Both the position numbers and the translations under genes were made by a program. From the NCBI GenBank assembly GCA_951406725.2, contig OX597821.1, forward strand, positions 16,864,001-16,928,000: DNA of 64,000 nucleotides, written 5' to 3'. A model generated the notes under the pieces. That model did not search any database. It saw only the letters and a list, made by a program, of their open reading frames with translations, and was not told where the DNA came from. Origin of the DNA: Octopus vulgaris (lineage: Eukaryota). Numbering within the stretch: position 1 is the stretch's first letter; every line of letters starts with the position of its first letter. Shown here one piece after another: positions 41,814 to 54,098 of the stretch.

Positions 41814-41943
41814 TGACTACCGAGTAATGTAACATATTGTATAGATAAATTTCCTCTATTTACATAATATTGAGGTCTCTTTCTTTCTTTTGTTATCTTA
41901 CCGTTTTATCAATATATATATACATAGATATATATATATATAA

Positions 41944-41995
<52 letters not shown>

Positions 41996-41999
<4 letters not shown>

Positions 42000-42420
42000 C
42001 TTGATATAATTAGGGTTCAGCAAAAAGAAATTGCTTTACCGCATACCGAACTTTTAGAAATAGCAGCCAAAGAATTTAGCTATTTCTTCTACTATAAGAA
42101 GAGTCTCCCAGACAATGTATACTCAAAAACAATTCACGTAGGCATAGAGGGAAAAATAACGAAAGTTCACTCGAAATTTGATTACTTGTGAACACGTTTC
42201 TGGGTTAGTCAGATATAGAGATGCTAGAAATACATCCCTATTCTAACATTCCCGTCATCAACACAATGATTTCATTAAATTTGAGAGCACTAAAAATCGA
42301 ACATACCCAACTGATTTGAATGACTTCAGACAAACCATCTTCCACACCCAGTACTAACGAATTCAAACCGTACGAATGAGGCTCCGCATCGTCCCCTGTC
42401 CACCCAACATTTATAATCCT
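41996..42420 (-). mobile_element. Non-coding HHR-bearing element, same family as 55224-56002
   Basis: Shares taattagggtt.agcaa..ccgaa.tttagaaatagcag.caaa..tagctatt..tctacta with 55333-55417. An HHR fold lies at 42186-42266. Confidence 0.7.
42186..42266 (-). ncRNA. Type I hammerhead-like motif (U3 variant)
   Basis: TTGTG-TTGATGA-cGGG..CCCa-GAAAC-GT-GTT-CACAA. Confidence 0.6.
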
Positions 42421-43282
42421 CTCTCTCTAGATAATATTCTTGTTGTTTATTTTTTTATGTTATAATTGCTCTCGTTATAACTGTTTTTGTGGTTGTAGTT
42501 ACTAGTGTTGGTATTGTTGGATTCGTGTTCTTCCTCTCACATGCATTCAGTATTAAATAAATTCTAAAACAGACCGGTAGCTTGAAAATTTATGAGAATG
42601 TAATTCGCATATGATGACATTAATAGTTTGCTGACATATTCAAACATTTAGCACTATAAAATTTCAAGTGAAATAATTTCAAACAGAAATAAGATCCTGT
42701 CTGGAGTTTACTGACTGAGATGACAACATAATGTTGGATCAAGCGTTTTTACAGACTTCTGATGTATTGAATATATAGGCTATCTATTTTGTTCTATGCT
42801 TTCCTTTTCCTTGAACTTGCTTAGATAAGCTTTCAGGAAAGCACAAACTCACAGATACGCAAACAGTTACATAGACACACACAAACACACAGGCACACAC
42901 TCACACACTTTAACTCGCTTACACACACATACATTTGTCTAGCTACGTATCTATGAATCAATCTCTCTCCCTCTCTCTTCATCTCCTCCCTCTCTTTCTC
43001 TCTCTCTTACACATACACAGACACATACACACGTACTCTGACTTTATATATGTGTGTATACAAATATATATGGAATTTCTGTCATTGCCGGTCAGAACTC
43101 ATTTACATTAAAATACTTCCATCATTTTGTTGCATAGCATTTCAGTGTTAAATGCGAGGGTGTATATAAAGGTGTTTATGCGTGTGATCAGACATATGTG
43201 TGGCGGTGGAGTCATAATATGTAATCAATTGCAAGTGTGTATGTTTCTTAGCGTGTCTGTATGTCTATGTATGTTTTAGTAT

Positions 43283-43440
43283 GTGACTATATGGTAAGAA
43301 GCTTGCTTCCCAACCACATTTTTCCTGGTTCTGTCTCAATATGTGGCACCTTGTGCAAGAGAATTCTACTATAGCCACGGACCGACAAAAGCCTTGCGAG
43401 ATGATTTGGTAGATGGAAACACAAAGAATCCCGTCGTATA
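43283..43440 (+). mobile_element. SINE family A 5' half
   Basis: Matches the family head up to ccgtcgtatata. Confidence 0.7.
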
Positions 43441-43445
43441 TATAT

Positions 43446-43997
43446 CAAAGAGTTAAGGAATAGAGTAGTTAAAATCCGGTCTATATATGTTTCATAGCTA
43501 GCGGAACCTCGGAAGAAGATAAATATCCAAGCGAGGTGTATCTTTACCGGTCAAAGATATCTTGGTTATATGAAGTTTACTTTGTCTTTGAGATTACATT
43601 CTGATCAAATTTTCCACATACTAAAGCGGGCCTCCTAATGAGAAAACAAAACTTCAGTTTATCATGATACCCTAGGCCTGAACATAGCCTACGGTATATA
43701 CCTCGCTTTTATGATTACTACTTCTGAGATTTTGCTCGCTATGAAACATACGCAGCCCGGATTTTATCTGCTCTATTCCTTAAATCTTGGGGTTTTTTCG
43801 CATACCCGGTAACCCTGGGTGCCAACCGCGAATATAATTTTTTTGTTTATTATCACTTTATCGTACTTCGGTACGGGAAAAATTCGCAACTTTCCACACC
43901 AATAAACCACTATTGTTCCTGAAAGTTGTTATTTTATATTATGTACGGATTGTTTCAAGCTCACTTTCTTCCTACACCTTGATCCTTGGATATGACA

Positions 43998-44000
<3 letters not shown>
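43446..44000 (+). mobile_element. Old non-coding element with an inverted partial duplication and a decayed HHR
   Basis: 43446-43541 is a diverged reverse complement of 43696-43790. GGC-CTGAACA-TAGC..GCTA-T-GAAAC-ATAC-GCA-GCC lies at 43675-43757. Confidence 0.55.
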
Positions 44001-44056
<56 letters not shown>

Positions 44057-44141
44057 AAAAGGGAATATCAATTCCGGCGTCACAGGGATGAGATATTCAA
44101 GTTAAGAATATTAAGTTGAATTTTTCTCAATAAATAAATAC

Positions 44142-44298
44142 AGTGGCTGTGTGGTAAGTAGCTTGCTAACCAACCACATGGTTCAGGGTTCAGTCCCACT
44201 GCGTGGCATCTTGAGCAAGTGTCTTCTACTATAGTCCCGGGCCGACCAATGCCTTGTGAGTGGATTTGGTAGACGGAAACTGAAAGAAGCCTGTCGTA

Positions 44299-44385
<87 letters not shown>

Positions 44386-44610
44386 GTGTGTGTGTTTGTG
44401 TGTCTGTGTTTGTCCCCCTAGCATTGCTTGACAACCGATGCTGGTGTGTTTACGTCTCCGTCACCTAGCGGTTCGGCAAAAGAGACCGATAGAATAAGTA
44501 CTGGGCTTACAAAGAATAAGTCCCGGGGTCGATTTATTCGACTAAAGGCGGTGCTCCAGCATGGTCGCAGTTAATGACCGAAACAAGTAAAAGAGTAAAA
44601 GAGTAAGAGT
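44142..44610 (+). mobile_element. SINE family A, near full length
   Basis: Head, internal (TA)n and tail as in the other copies. Confidence 0.9.
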
Positions 44611-44623
44611 ATATATATCAAAG

Positions 44624-44933
44624 TATCATTAGAGACAGAAAACCCCATAAAATTCAACAAATCAGAAGATAAATTCAACCATGTCATAGAATATTACATT
44701 TAATACTTACTATTCATGTTCAAAGTTGTCGACTACACGTGTTTCATGAGGTTGAATACGATTATAAGGGGAGATTCTGTTATAGACTGCGTGTCTCAAG
44801 AACAGTATACAACCTCATGACACGTGTGGTCGACAACTTTGAACATGAATAGTAAGTATTAAATGTAATATTCTATGACATGGTTGAATTTATCTTCTGA
44901 TTTGTTGAATTTTATGGGGATTTTTGTCCCTAA

Positions 44934-44938
<5 letters not shown>
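44624..44938. repeat. Fold-back palindrome (about 135-bp arms, 45-nt loop) containing half a hammerhead
   Basis: Arms 44624-44759 and 44805-44938. The minus strand has GAAAC-ACGT-GTA at 44734-44745. Confidence 0.85.
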
Positions 44939-44978
<40 letters not shown>

Positions 44979-45499
44979 ATATTTGTAATTGAGAGAGGAT
45001 GGCGCAAGGCCTACTACTTAAGAAGTTGCACTTGCGAAATCGTGTATTCGATTCCCGGACCAGGCGGTGTGTTGAGTTCTTAGGCATAACACCTCATCGC
45101 AAATAAAATTTCATTTCAAGTTGCTCTGTGATCGCTTCGACACTTATTGTGTGACGCAACACTGTGCACCTGCAAAAGTAGTTTCGATTTGGTGTATGTA
45201 GTGCAGATTGTTCAACAAGAAATTACAGAAGTGTCTTTCTCGGAGTCAGGAGACTACAATTACTTATATAATTGAGAATATATTTTTCTTAATGATATCA
45301 GAATCTAATTTTCGCAATAAGTGTGCTGACCGATTACATGCCTGTCAAGAGAGAGGAACTCTGATTTCATAGTCATTTATGGGTAAACATGCTCAAGTTC
45401 TGAGGAAATTAGGAAACGCAAGCGAGTGAAATTTTGCAAGGTGTCGCACTACACTAAGTTTAGAAAATAGTCTAATATTATGGTTTATAAAAACGCGGC

Positions 45500-46153
45500 A
45501 CACTGGCAAAATCATCACTGTGTCAGCAAAATGCTTAGCGATATTTCGTCCACCTTTAGTTTCTGAAATCAAATTTCGCTGAAGTCGATTTTTGCTTTTC
45601 ATCAATTTGGGGTCGATAAAACAAGTTTCATTTGAGCACTGGGGTCGATGTAATCGACTTACCCAATCTCCCAAATTTGCTGGTCTTGGTTGAAAATTGG
45701 CCGTATAAGAAGGCAGTAAGTTGGCCGAATCGTTAGCGAAGGCGGCGAGCTGGCAGAAACGTTAGCACGATGGGCGAAATGCTTAGCATTATTTCGTCTG
45801 TCGCTACGTTCTGAATTCAAATTCCGCCGAGGTTGACTTTGCTTTCATCCTTTCGGGGTCGATTAGATAAGTACCAGTTACGCACTGGGGTCGATATAAT
45901 CGACTTAATCCATTTGCCTGTCCTTGTTTGTCCCCTCTGTGTGTAGCCCCTTTGTGGGCAGTAAAGAAATAAGGATCGTTAGCGCAAGGGGCAAAATATT
46001 TGCGGTACTCCATCCTCCTTCAGATTCTGAGTTCAAATGTTGTCGAGGTCGACTTTGCCTTTCATCCTTTCGGAATCGATAAAATAAGTAGCAGTTGAGC
46101 GCTGGGGTTTGATGTAATCGACTTACCTCCTTCCCACGAACTTAAAGCCTTGT
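45500..46153 (+). mobile_element. Cluster of three SINE family B copies, one nested in another
   Basis: Copies at 45500-45700 and 45739-45974, plus a split copy at 45711-45738/45975-46153. ATCGTTAGCG is duplicated at 45729 and 45975. Confidence 0.85.
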
Positions 46154-46432
46154 TCCAAAATTTGAACCTAATTTCATGGCACATAAATCCCTGTAAGGTG
46201 AAGGAAACGGGCAGTGGTACACGTGCGAACTAAACTTAGGCGTGAGCACATAATGCCCAATAATGAGAAAAAAATGTGAGTATGTTCGTGTAATTGATCA
46301 GCATACTTATCGCGAAAATAAGAGGTATGGATTCGAGACCTATTTACGTCTATTTTTACTGTTACGGGTGTTGATAAACTCTAATATTAGACTATTTTTT
46401 ATAGTGAAGATACGGTGCTGTCTCTATTAAGG

Positions 46433-46707
46433 AATTTATTCCTGTTTTAAGCGTCTGCACTCTTATTTTCATGACTAGAAGACTAATTTAATTCTAACCG
46501 ATTTGTGCATGTTATAAATAGCTACAAGTGCTGTTCCATCTGTGATCGGAGCAATTAGCAACCGATCACACATGAAGTGGTTATAAATAATTCAACCTAT
46601 TAGAAACTAGCGCCGTTTCTTTATTTGCGTATATGTATGTATATATGTATGTATATATATATACACACACACAAACACAGAGAGAGAAGAGAGAGAGACA
46701 TGTGTGT

Positions 46708-46740
<33 letters not shown>

Positions 46741-47269
46741 TAATAAAAGCACTAAATACGTTGAGATAAACTGAGATGTAAGGTAAACACCTAACTTTTA
46801 ACATCGTTATGAAAGGGACCCTATAGTTAACATTTATTTGTCTCTGTCACCTCGGAAAATATCTATATGATTAGTTTTGCTAGCTATATGTTGCAGTCTT
46901 CTCTGACGGTCTGAAAACGAGTAAATTATCTCTGATGAATACGCAGTAACTTTAGAAATATACAGTTTGTACATGTTATATCGTCGAACAGAGAAAGGGA
47001 AACATGTGGTTTTTCTTTTAAAAAATGTGTTTTTATTAAAAGTACATAATCGTAATTTTAACTTACATCACCCCTATTCTCACCCCGTGCGTTGTCTCAA
47101 TCAATTTAATCCCGTTTTAAGCGTCTGCACTCTTATTTGAATTACTAGGAAACTAATTTAATTCTAACCGATTTCCGCATGTTATAAATAGTCACGAGAC
47201 GTAGTTCTTTCTGTGATTGGAGCAATTAGCAACCGATCACTGATGAAGTGGCTATAAATAATGCAACCT
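46433..47269 (+). repeat. Two diverged copies of a 166-bp element (46433-46598 and 47103-47269) with a conserved hairpin
   Basis: Shared gttttaagcgtctgcactcttattt, actaatttaattctaaccgattt and tgtgat.ggagcaattagcaaccgatcac. Confidence 0.85.
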
Positions 47270-48694
47270 GTCAAATTAATCTCTTCTTATGGCTACACAG
47301 AAAAAAATAATGTGGTCGAAACACAGCATCTAGCTTTTTTACAAGCCGAGACTAAAAATGTGTGTTACTGAAAACACACACTCCTAAGTTTTGCTTATGG
47401 GCTCATATTCCCCTTCACTTTTTCCTTCCTATCTCTACTCTCCCACACTCAGTATAGACAGAGACATACAGGGAAATTTACATAGATATAGATATATATT
47501 GATATACATATATACACACACACTTGCGCACACATAGACACATATACACAGATGCATTGATACATAGATAAAGACAGACACACACACACACACTCATATA
47601 TACATACAATAAAGGTGCAGGCATATGCCAATAAGAGGGTTCACGGTGTACATTTCATCCAATAAAAAAACACACACATACACCAGGAAATAACCAGCTG
47701 AGGTTTATGGCTGATCTGTAGCACCCCAATCGATTACAATTGCTTTGAACTATAAGTAACGGCTCTCTTTTTATTGCTCACCCTCTCTTTTCGCTCTCTT
47801 TCTCTCACAGTTTCCGTGGTTTTATGAATGCATTCTGTTTCTTTTGGTACAAATCAATATATACATTGGCTTTTAATATCGATAATTTGCTCCAGTATAA
47901 AACCAAGCAGAACCAATAGAATTGAAGAAAGGTAGATGTGACAGATACTATGTTAAACGCTCGCGCTTATCTGTAGATCTGTTGTATTAATGCGCATCAT
48001 TAAACAGGAAAGAGTAGAGGCAGATACACAGGAAATAAACAGGAGAGAAAATAAAAGCAGGAATGTTTAAACTATGCGGGTACGAATATGAAGCGAGTTT
48101 TTAATTGAGATATAAACGTAGAAGACAAAACATACTGATTGTCAATAGCTATGCAGGGGTATCGATTAAAAATCACGTGGTAGTTTAACAATGGACTGGT
48201 GTTTAACTTGACATATATTTTGTATAGCTGGAAGTAACGACAAATATTTTGAGTATAAATCGTTATTTGCACGGTGAACAGAGAGAATTGAAACGATGAC
48301 GAGGATATCTATCCTGAATAAGTTCTGGCAGATTCGAACGAAAATATGTTGACTTCGTTAGAAGAGAGCATCTCCTTTACGACAGCTTTGTGTTTATAAG
48401 ACACTAGATTCATTTGTGGTTTATGAACAAATGGTCGACGACTAACACAACAGCGATTAGCATACTTCTGTTCGTACGAATCTGAATGTATTAGGAATAA
48501 ATATGAATTTTATCGTTATTTTCAGTATGTTTTGTAACAAAGTTTTAAGAAACCATGCTTAGAATTAATGTGGATAGAAAGAAAAGCAAAACAAAATATC
48601 TTTTCTTGCATGGTCTTCTGACTCCCCTATTTGATTGGCTGTGTCCAGACACATGCACACATTCATATTAACGCATACACACGGACATATACTT

Positions 48695-49096
48695 CAATTC
48701 TTATACTTATTCCAGTCATTTGACTACGGTCATGCCGGAGCACCACCTTGAAAGCTTTTATCGAACAAATCGACCTCAGGACTATTTTTTAAAGCCCAGT
48801 ACCTGTTTTATCGATCTTTTTGCCGAACCGCTAAGTGGCGGGGACGTAAACACACCAACACCGATTGTCAAGTGATGGTGGTGGGGGGACAAACTCAGAC
48901 ACAAAGACACACATAAACATATAAATGTATACATACGATGGTCTTCTTTCACTTTCCGTCTCCCAAATCTATCCACAAGGCTTTGGGTGACCCGAAACTA
49001 TAGTAAAACTCTTGACCAAAATGGCACGGAGTGGGATTGAACCCGAAAACTTGACTGGAAAGCAAGCTTCTTACCACACAGCCACACCTGCGCCTA
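48695..49096 (-). mobile_element. SINE family A
   Basis: Reverse complement of the family sequence. Confidence 0.85.
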
Positions 49097-49541
49097 TATA
49101 TGTATGTACATGTATTTAACTCCCCATTCCTACAGTAAATTCTAGTATAACAACAGAACATTCACCGACGGAGAGATTGCATACTAAAATACCGTCAAAT
49201 ATACGAAAAAAATACTTTTACAGTTTTATACAATCAATCAGGACAAAGGAACCCTTAGGAGAACATTTTAGTCTCACTTGACGCGAATAACATGAATATA
49301 AAATCATGTTTGGAATATCCCGAAGCATACTCATAAGGTTATATACATAATAGCATGTAAGTATTGAGTCGAAGAATACTTTTGTATAAGAAAATGTCGA
49401 AAACTAACTGTGAAACACGAAGAAATATGTGTACTTATGACAGGCGTTCAACCAGTGAACCCAAGTAATTGTTCGTATTTCTGTATCCATATTAATAAGT
49501 TTATTCTTACTTGCGAGCACTGTATAATAATTTTTTTCTCT

Positions 49542-49930
49542 TGGCTGTGTGGTAAGTAGCTTGCTAACCAACCACATGGTTCCGGGTTCAGTCCCACTGC
49601 GTGGCATCTTGGGCAAGTGTCTTCTGCTATAGCCCCGGGCCGACCAATGCCTTGTGAGTGGATTTGGTAGACGGAAACTGAAAGAAGCCTCTCGTATATA
49701 TGTATATGTATGTGTGTGTTTGTGTGTCTGTGTTTGTCCCCTTAGCATTGCTTGACAACCGATGCTGGTGTGTTTATGTCCCCGTTACTTAGCGGTTCGG
49801 CAAAAGAGACCGATAGAATAAGTACTGGGCTTACAAAGAATAAGTCCTGGGGTCGATTTGCTCGACTAAATGCGGTGCTCCAGCATGGCCGCAGTCAAAT
49901 GACTGAAACAAGTAAAAGAGTAAAAGAGTA
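49542..49930 (+). mobile_element. SINE family A
   Basis: Close match to the 44142 and 57184 copies. Confidence 0.9.
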
Positions 49931-50469
49931 TATTGCAAATTTTCGAGAAACCTAACATATTCGGTTTTTGGATTATCTTGGAGCACAGTCATAAAAGTCA
50001 TGAAAAATAGCATGCAAAACCTGGGTTGAAAAACGCACTTGCATACAAAAATACGAAGGTAGCCCACAGGATTCGAACTCACACGCGTAGGCATGACAGG
50101 TGTTCTACCATTGTACCAAAGCAATATTCTGCGTGTGTGTGTGTGTGTCTCACCTAGCTGACAGTATGACACGGTAGAAACGGCTGCACAAACAACCGGC
50201 TGGTACATGCTTCAGCTGAGTAGACTGGAAAAAAGTGAAACGGTGTCCAGTGCTGAAGGGTACACATCGTCGTCTGATATATGATTCGAACCTACGACTT
50301 TATGATCGGAAGCCTAACACCCTAACTATAAGTATTTGCTTCTACATGTATACATGCACATAAATATGAATGTATATATGTATTTACTCGATCATACAAA
50401 GACCCAAAGAAAATATCATTTCGAGAATTTGGTAGATGGAAACTGTGAAGAAGCTATTTATGAGTGTGT

Positions 50470-50513
<44 letters not shown>

Positions 50514-50781
50514 ATATACGACAGATTTCCGCACAGTCTCCGCGTTTCGAATCTGCTCAGTCATTCGCTAGCCTCGGACTGCAGTAGAGAACACTTTCCC
50601 AAGACGACCTGCCTTCGGACTGAACACTAAAGGCTGTGATTGCAAATTGAGCTTAATACATATATAATTACCGATGTTTATGGTCATTTTTGAGACACAT
50701 CGTTGACAAGATGTTGACGCAAGAAAACACGCAGCCTCCATCAGCAGCTTACGAAAAGCGAAGTATATATATATATATATA

Positions 50782-50848
50782 GGTGGTGCTATTAAGTTAG
50801 ACATGGCCTGGGCCAATAATGGCCGAAACCTATCAAAGTATCAAAGTA
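50782..50848 (+). mobile_element. About 65-bp 3' tip of the CR1-like LINE, inserted in (TA)n
   Basis: ggtggtgctattaagttagacatggcctgg.ccaat..gg.cgaaac.tatc is the reverse complement of 19047-19100. Confidence 0.8.
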
Positions 50849-50875
50849 TATATATATATATATATATATTTATAC

Positions 50876-50906
<31 letters not shown>

Positions 50907-51540
50907 GTGAGAAAGAGAGAGAAAGAGACATATATATACATGCATGGGCGAGGATATAATTCGTGTATATGTTATTCGGCCCTTCACATATCTGAGATGT
51001 GACGTTATAACACTTTCACGTACACGTATGCGCACGCACACGTACGCATGAACGAATGCATTATCATCCATACAAATCGCTACACTCACGTGCCACTATG
51101 TTCCTAAACACACTCAAATGTAAGCTAAACATGCGTGTGTACGTAAAACACACACACACACATATATACTACATACAAGTGACACAAGCATACATACACA
51201 TACAGAAATATACACAACTATATTACACACGTATACATGAAAACACATTTTCATGTTACGTGCCCATTCACACAAACACTTGTTGAAAATGCGAATTGAG
51301 GCAGAGATAAAATGCCGAATAAATTGATAAAGATGGTTTTATTCTATTAAAATCAAGGAAAAATGCATTCGTTGTATGTTAATTCGACTGTGAAAAGTCT
51401 GAGTAACGAGATAAAATTATTGTTAAAGATAAAAGACCTTCGATTTTGGCGCCAAGGAACATTAAACCAAACACGGTGAAATGTTACTGAAAATGAAAAG
51501 AATTTCTATAATATACACTCACACACATACGCACACACAC

Positions 51541-51577
<37 letters not shown>

Positions 51578-51610
51578 CGTGTGTGTGTGTAAAGGAATAT
51601 AGGATAGCTG

Positions 51611-51611
<1 letters not shown>

Positions 51612-51705
<94 letters not shown>

Positions 51706-51710
51706 TGATA
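51612..51710. repeat. (AGAT)n microsatellite
   Basis: Seen directly. Confidence 0.95.
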
Positions 51711-51731
51711 GAAACTGAAAGAAGCCTGTCG

Positions 51732-51762
<31 letters not shown>

Positions 51763-51970
51763 CTGTGTTTGTCCCCCTAGCATTGCTTGACAACCGATGC
51801 TGGTGTGTTTACGTCCCCGTAACTTAGCGGTTCGGCAAAAAGAGACCGATAGAATAAGTACTGGGCTTACAAAGAATAAGTCCCGGGGTTGATTTACTCG
51901 ACTAAAGGCGGTGCTCCAGCATGGCCGCAGTCAAATGACTGAAACAAGTAAAAGAGTAAAGAGTAAGAGT
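51711..51970 (+). mobile_element. SINE family A, 5'-truncated
   Basis: Runs from gaaactgaaagaagcc to the tail. Confidence 0.85.
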
Positions 51971-52007
51971 ATAAATGTGTGTGTGTGTGTGTGTGTGTGC
52001 GTGTGTC

Positions 52008-52195
52008 AAGCAAAACGCTTAGCAGCCTTTCGTCTGTCTTCACATTCTGAGTTCAATTTCCACCGAGGTTGACTTTTCTTGTCATCCTTTCCGGGTCGAT
52101 AATATAAGTACCAGTCTAGTACTAAGGTCGATGCAATTGACTTGCCCTCTTCTCTGAAATTGCTGGCCTTGTGTCAAAATTTAAAGCCAATCATA
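52008..52195 (+). mobile_element. SINE family B
   Basis: Core gaggttgactttt..catcctttccgggtcgataa. Confidence 0.75.
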
Positions 52196-52824
52196 ATATT
52201 TAAAAGCAATAGTAGAACAAAAATAGTGAAATGACACATGATGCATTCTTATTTTGTTGACCAAATATGGATCAACAACAAACTCACCTCAGCCATAATT
52301 GAAATCTGAGTTTCGTTAATTGTATCAAACACACGCACAAACTATTTTCTCCAGTCCCGACCAGTTCTGTTACCATCTCTTTTATAAGCATAAGAATAAA
52401 GATTTTCTTTCTAAGTAAGTATCACATCATATCCTTGTGAATGAATGAAAGACAATTCGTGACATTTATGACTCTCCAGTTTTGGAATAAAGTAAAGCTT
52501 ACTCTCTTGTGGGAATAAAAATCGATTTTCTGATTTTGTTGACCGTGAAAGAATAATCGAAATAGAACAATACTTTTTGAATACACATAAGGGATCAATG
52601 ACTGAAAAGACTCTGGAATATTATCACCAAATACTATAACAATCCCGAATAGATAAGGACAATGGCGTTCTCTCGCGAATGGATTTTTAATAGGCTAAAG
52701 GAAATTAAGCTCAGCACAAACGAGGGTGTCTATTAATGGAAACACACACTGCGAGAAACAGCACCTTAAAATCACACGTACAAGGCTTTCTAAAATAACG
52801 ACCTACAGTCGTTGAAAATACAAG

Positions 52825-53279
52825 GATCGTGGTTGCATGATAAGTGGCTTGCTTCCCGACGACAAGGTTCCAGGTTCAGTCCCACTGCTTGGCATCTAGG
52901 GATAGTGTCTTCTACTATAACCTCGGGCCGACCAAAACTTTGTGAGTGGATTTAGTAGACGGAAACTGAAAGAAGCCTCTCGTATATGTGTGTGTGCGTT
53001 TGTATGTGTGTATGTGCGTGTGTATGTGTGTGTGTCTGCGTGTGTTTTTGTGTCTCTGTGCGTGTCTTTGTGTCTGTGTTTGACCTTCTATCACCACTTG
53101 ACAACGGGTGTTTGTGTGTTTACGTCCCTATAACTTCCACAAAAGAGGCCAACAGAATAAGTCCTAGGCTTAAAAATTAAGTCCTGAGGTCAACTTTTCG
53201 ATTATAACCCTTCATGGGAGGAGTGCCCGCATTGCCGCAGTCAAATCATTGAAACAATTAAAATCAAAATAAAAGAATA
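52825..53279 (+). mobile_element. SINE family A (diverged)
   Basis: Head, TG-rich middle and tail. Confidence 0.8.
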
Positions 53280-53760
53280 TCAAACAACTAGTCTGATATA
53301 AGATGGGGGTGATTAGGGTTAGAATTTCTTTCGTCATAAAGAGGATGAGGTTTGCCAGGGTTTGACAGGGGATAAAGAATAACAACAGAAACCAAATATT
53401 TGTATTCTTTGAGATAACATTTTGTACCTCATTACACTTTTTCCAATATTTTCTACTCACTGACGACGTAGACAGATTTGATTTATTTTAGTGGAGGATT
53501 AAATAGCATTGCTCACAGAACTAGTGATTGAAGCTTTATCTTGAGTAGCCACCAACAAATTCTGTTTTCCCCCTCCAATTCAGAGCTACACTCTCGATCA
53601 GTCAGGATTATTTTCCTGCTGGTTTTCTTATATATCTGCACCTTTTCTTGCGCTTCGACTTTTTAGCACATTATCCTGATTACTATATTTTATTTTCCTT
53701 TCCGATGCATAGGAATATAGATGATAGTCATAGCACCAGAAGCAGCAGCAACGGCGGAGT

Positions 53761-54098
53761 GGAGGCGCAATGGCCCAGTGGTTAGGGCAGCGGACTCGCG
53801 GTCGTAAGAACGCGGTTTCGATTCACAGACCGACATTGTGAGTGTTTATTGAGCAAAAAGACCTAAGCTCCACGTGGTTCCGACGGGGGGGGGGTGAACC
53901 TCGGTGCACTCTTTCTCTCACTTTCTCTCACTCTTTCTTCCTACTTCTGTCACAATGCAGAGGGACCATGGTGTAACTCACTATGGTGTGGTAAACTTTC
54001 AGACCCTAGTCTAGATTGCGAATCTTCTGTACCCCAGGATGTTTCAGCTCGCCACCCGTTAAAAGCCACCGTTTACGGAATGAGGATAACAACGTAGC
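53761..54098 (+). mobile_element. tRNA(Arg-like)-derived SINE family C
   Basis: ggaggcgcaatggcccagtggttagggcagcggactcgcgg..ggtttcgattc, followed by a non-tRNA body shared with 25505-25787. Confidence 0.75.

Larger units (their letters stand above)
40061..41913 (+). mobile_element. 5'-truncated Penelope-like element with an inverted partial pLTR at its 5' end, inserted in (TA)n
   Basis: 40061-40205 is the reverse complement of 41694-41846 apart from an 8-nt deletion. An RT + GIY-YIG ORF lies between them. Confidence 0.92.

Noticed and set aside
45392-45430. CTGAGGA..GAAACGCAAGCG hammerhead-like words
   Set aside because: There is no stem I or stem II and no UH cleavage site.
47780-47830. Polypyrimidine tract plus CAG resembling a splice acceptor
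   Set aside because: No open frame or donor site follows, and CT-rich tracts are common here, so a host exon cannot be supported.
50058-50125. tRNA-like sequence on the minus strand
   Set aside because: It has A and B boxes but no coherent anticodon arm; at best a decayed SINE head or pseudogene.
53453-53548. Possible hammerhead (CTACTCA-CTGACGA..TGAGTAG, 7-bp stem I)
   Set aside because: Stem II, GAAA and stem III cannot be formed convincingly.
53761-53835. tRNA-Arg gene
   Set aside because: The acceptor and T stems do not close, and it continues into a repeat body shared with 25505-25787, so it is a SINE head.
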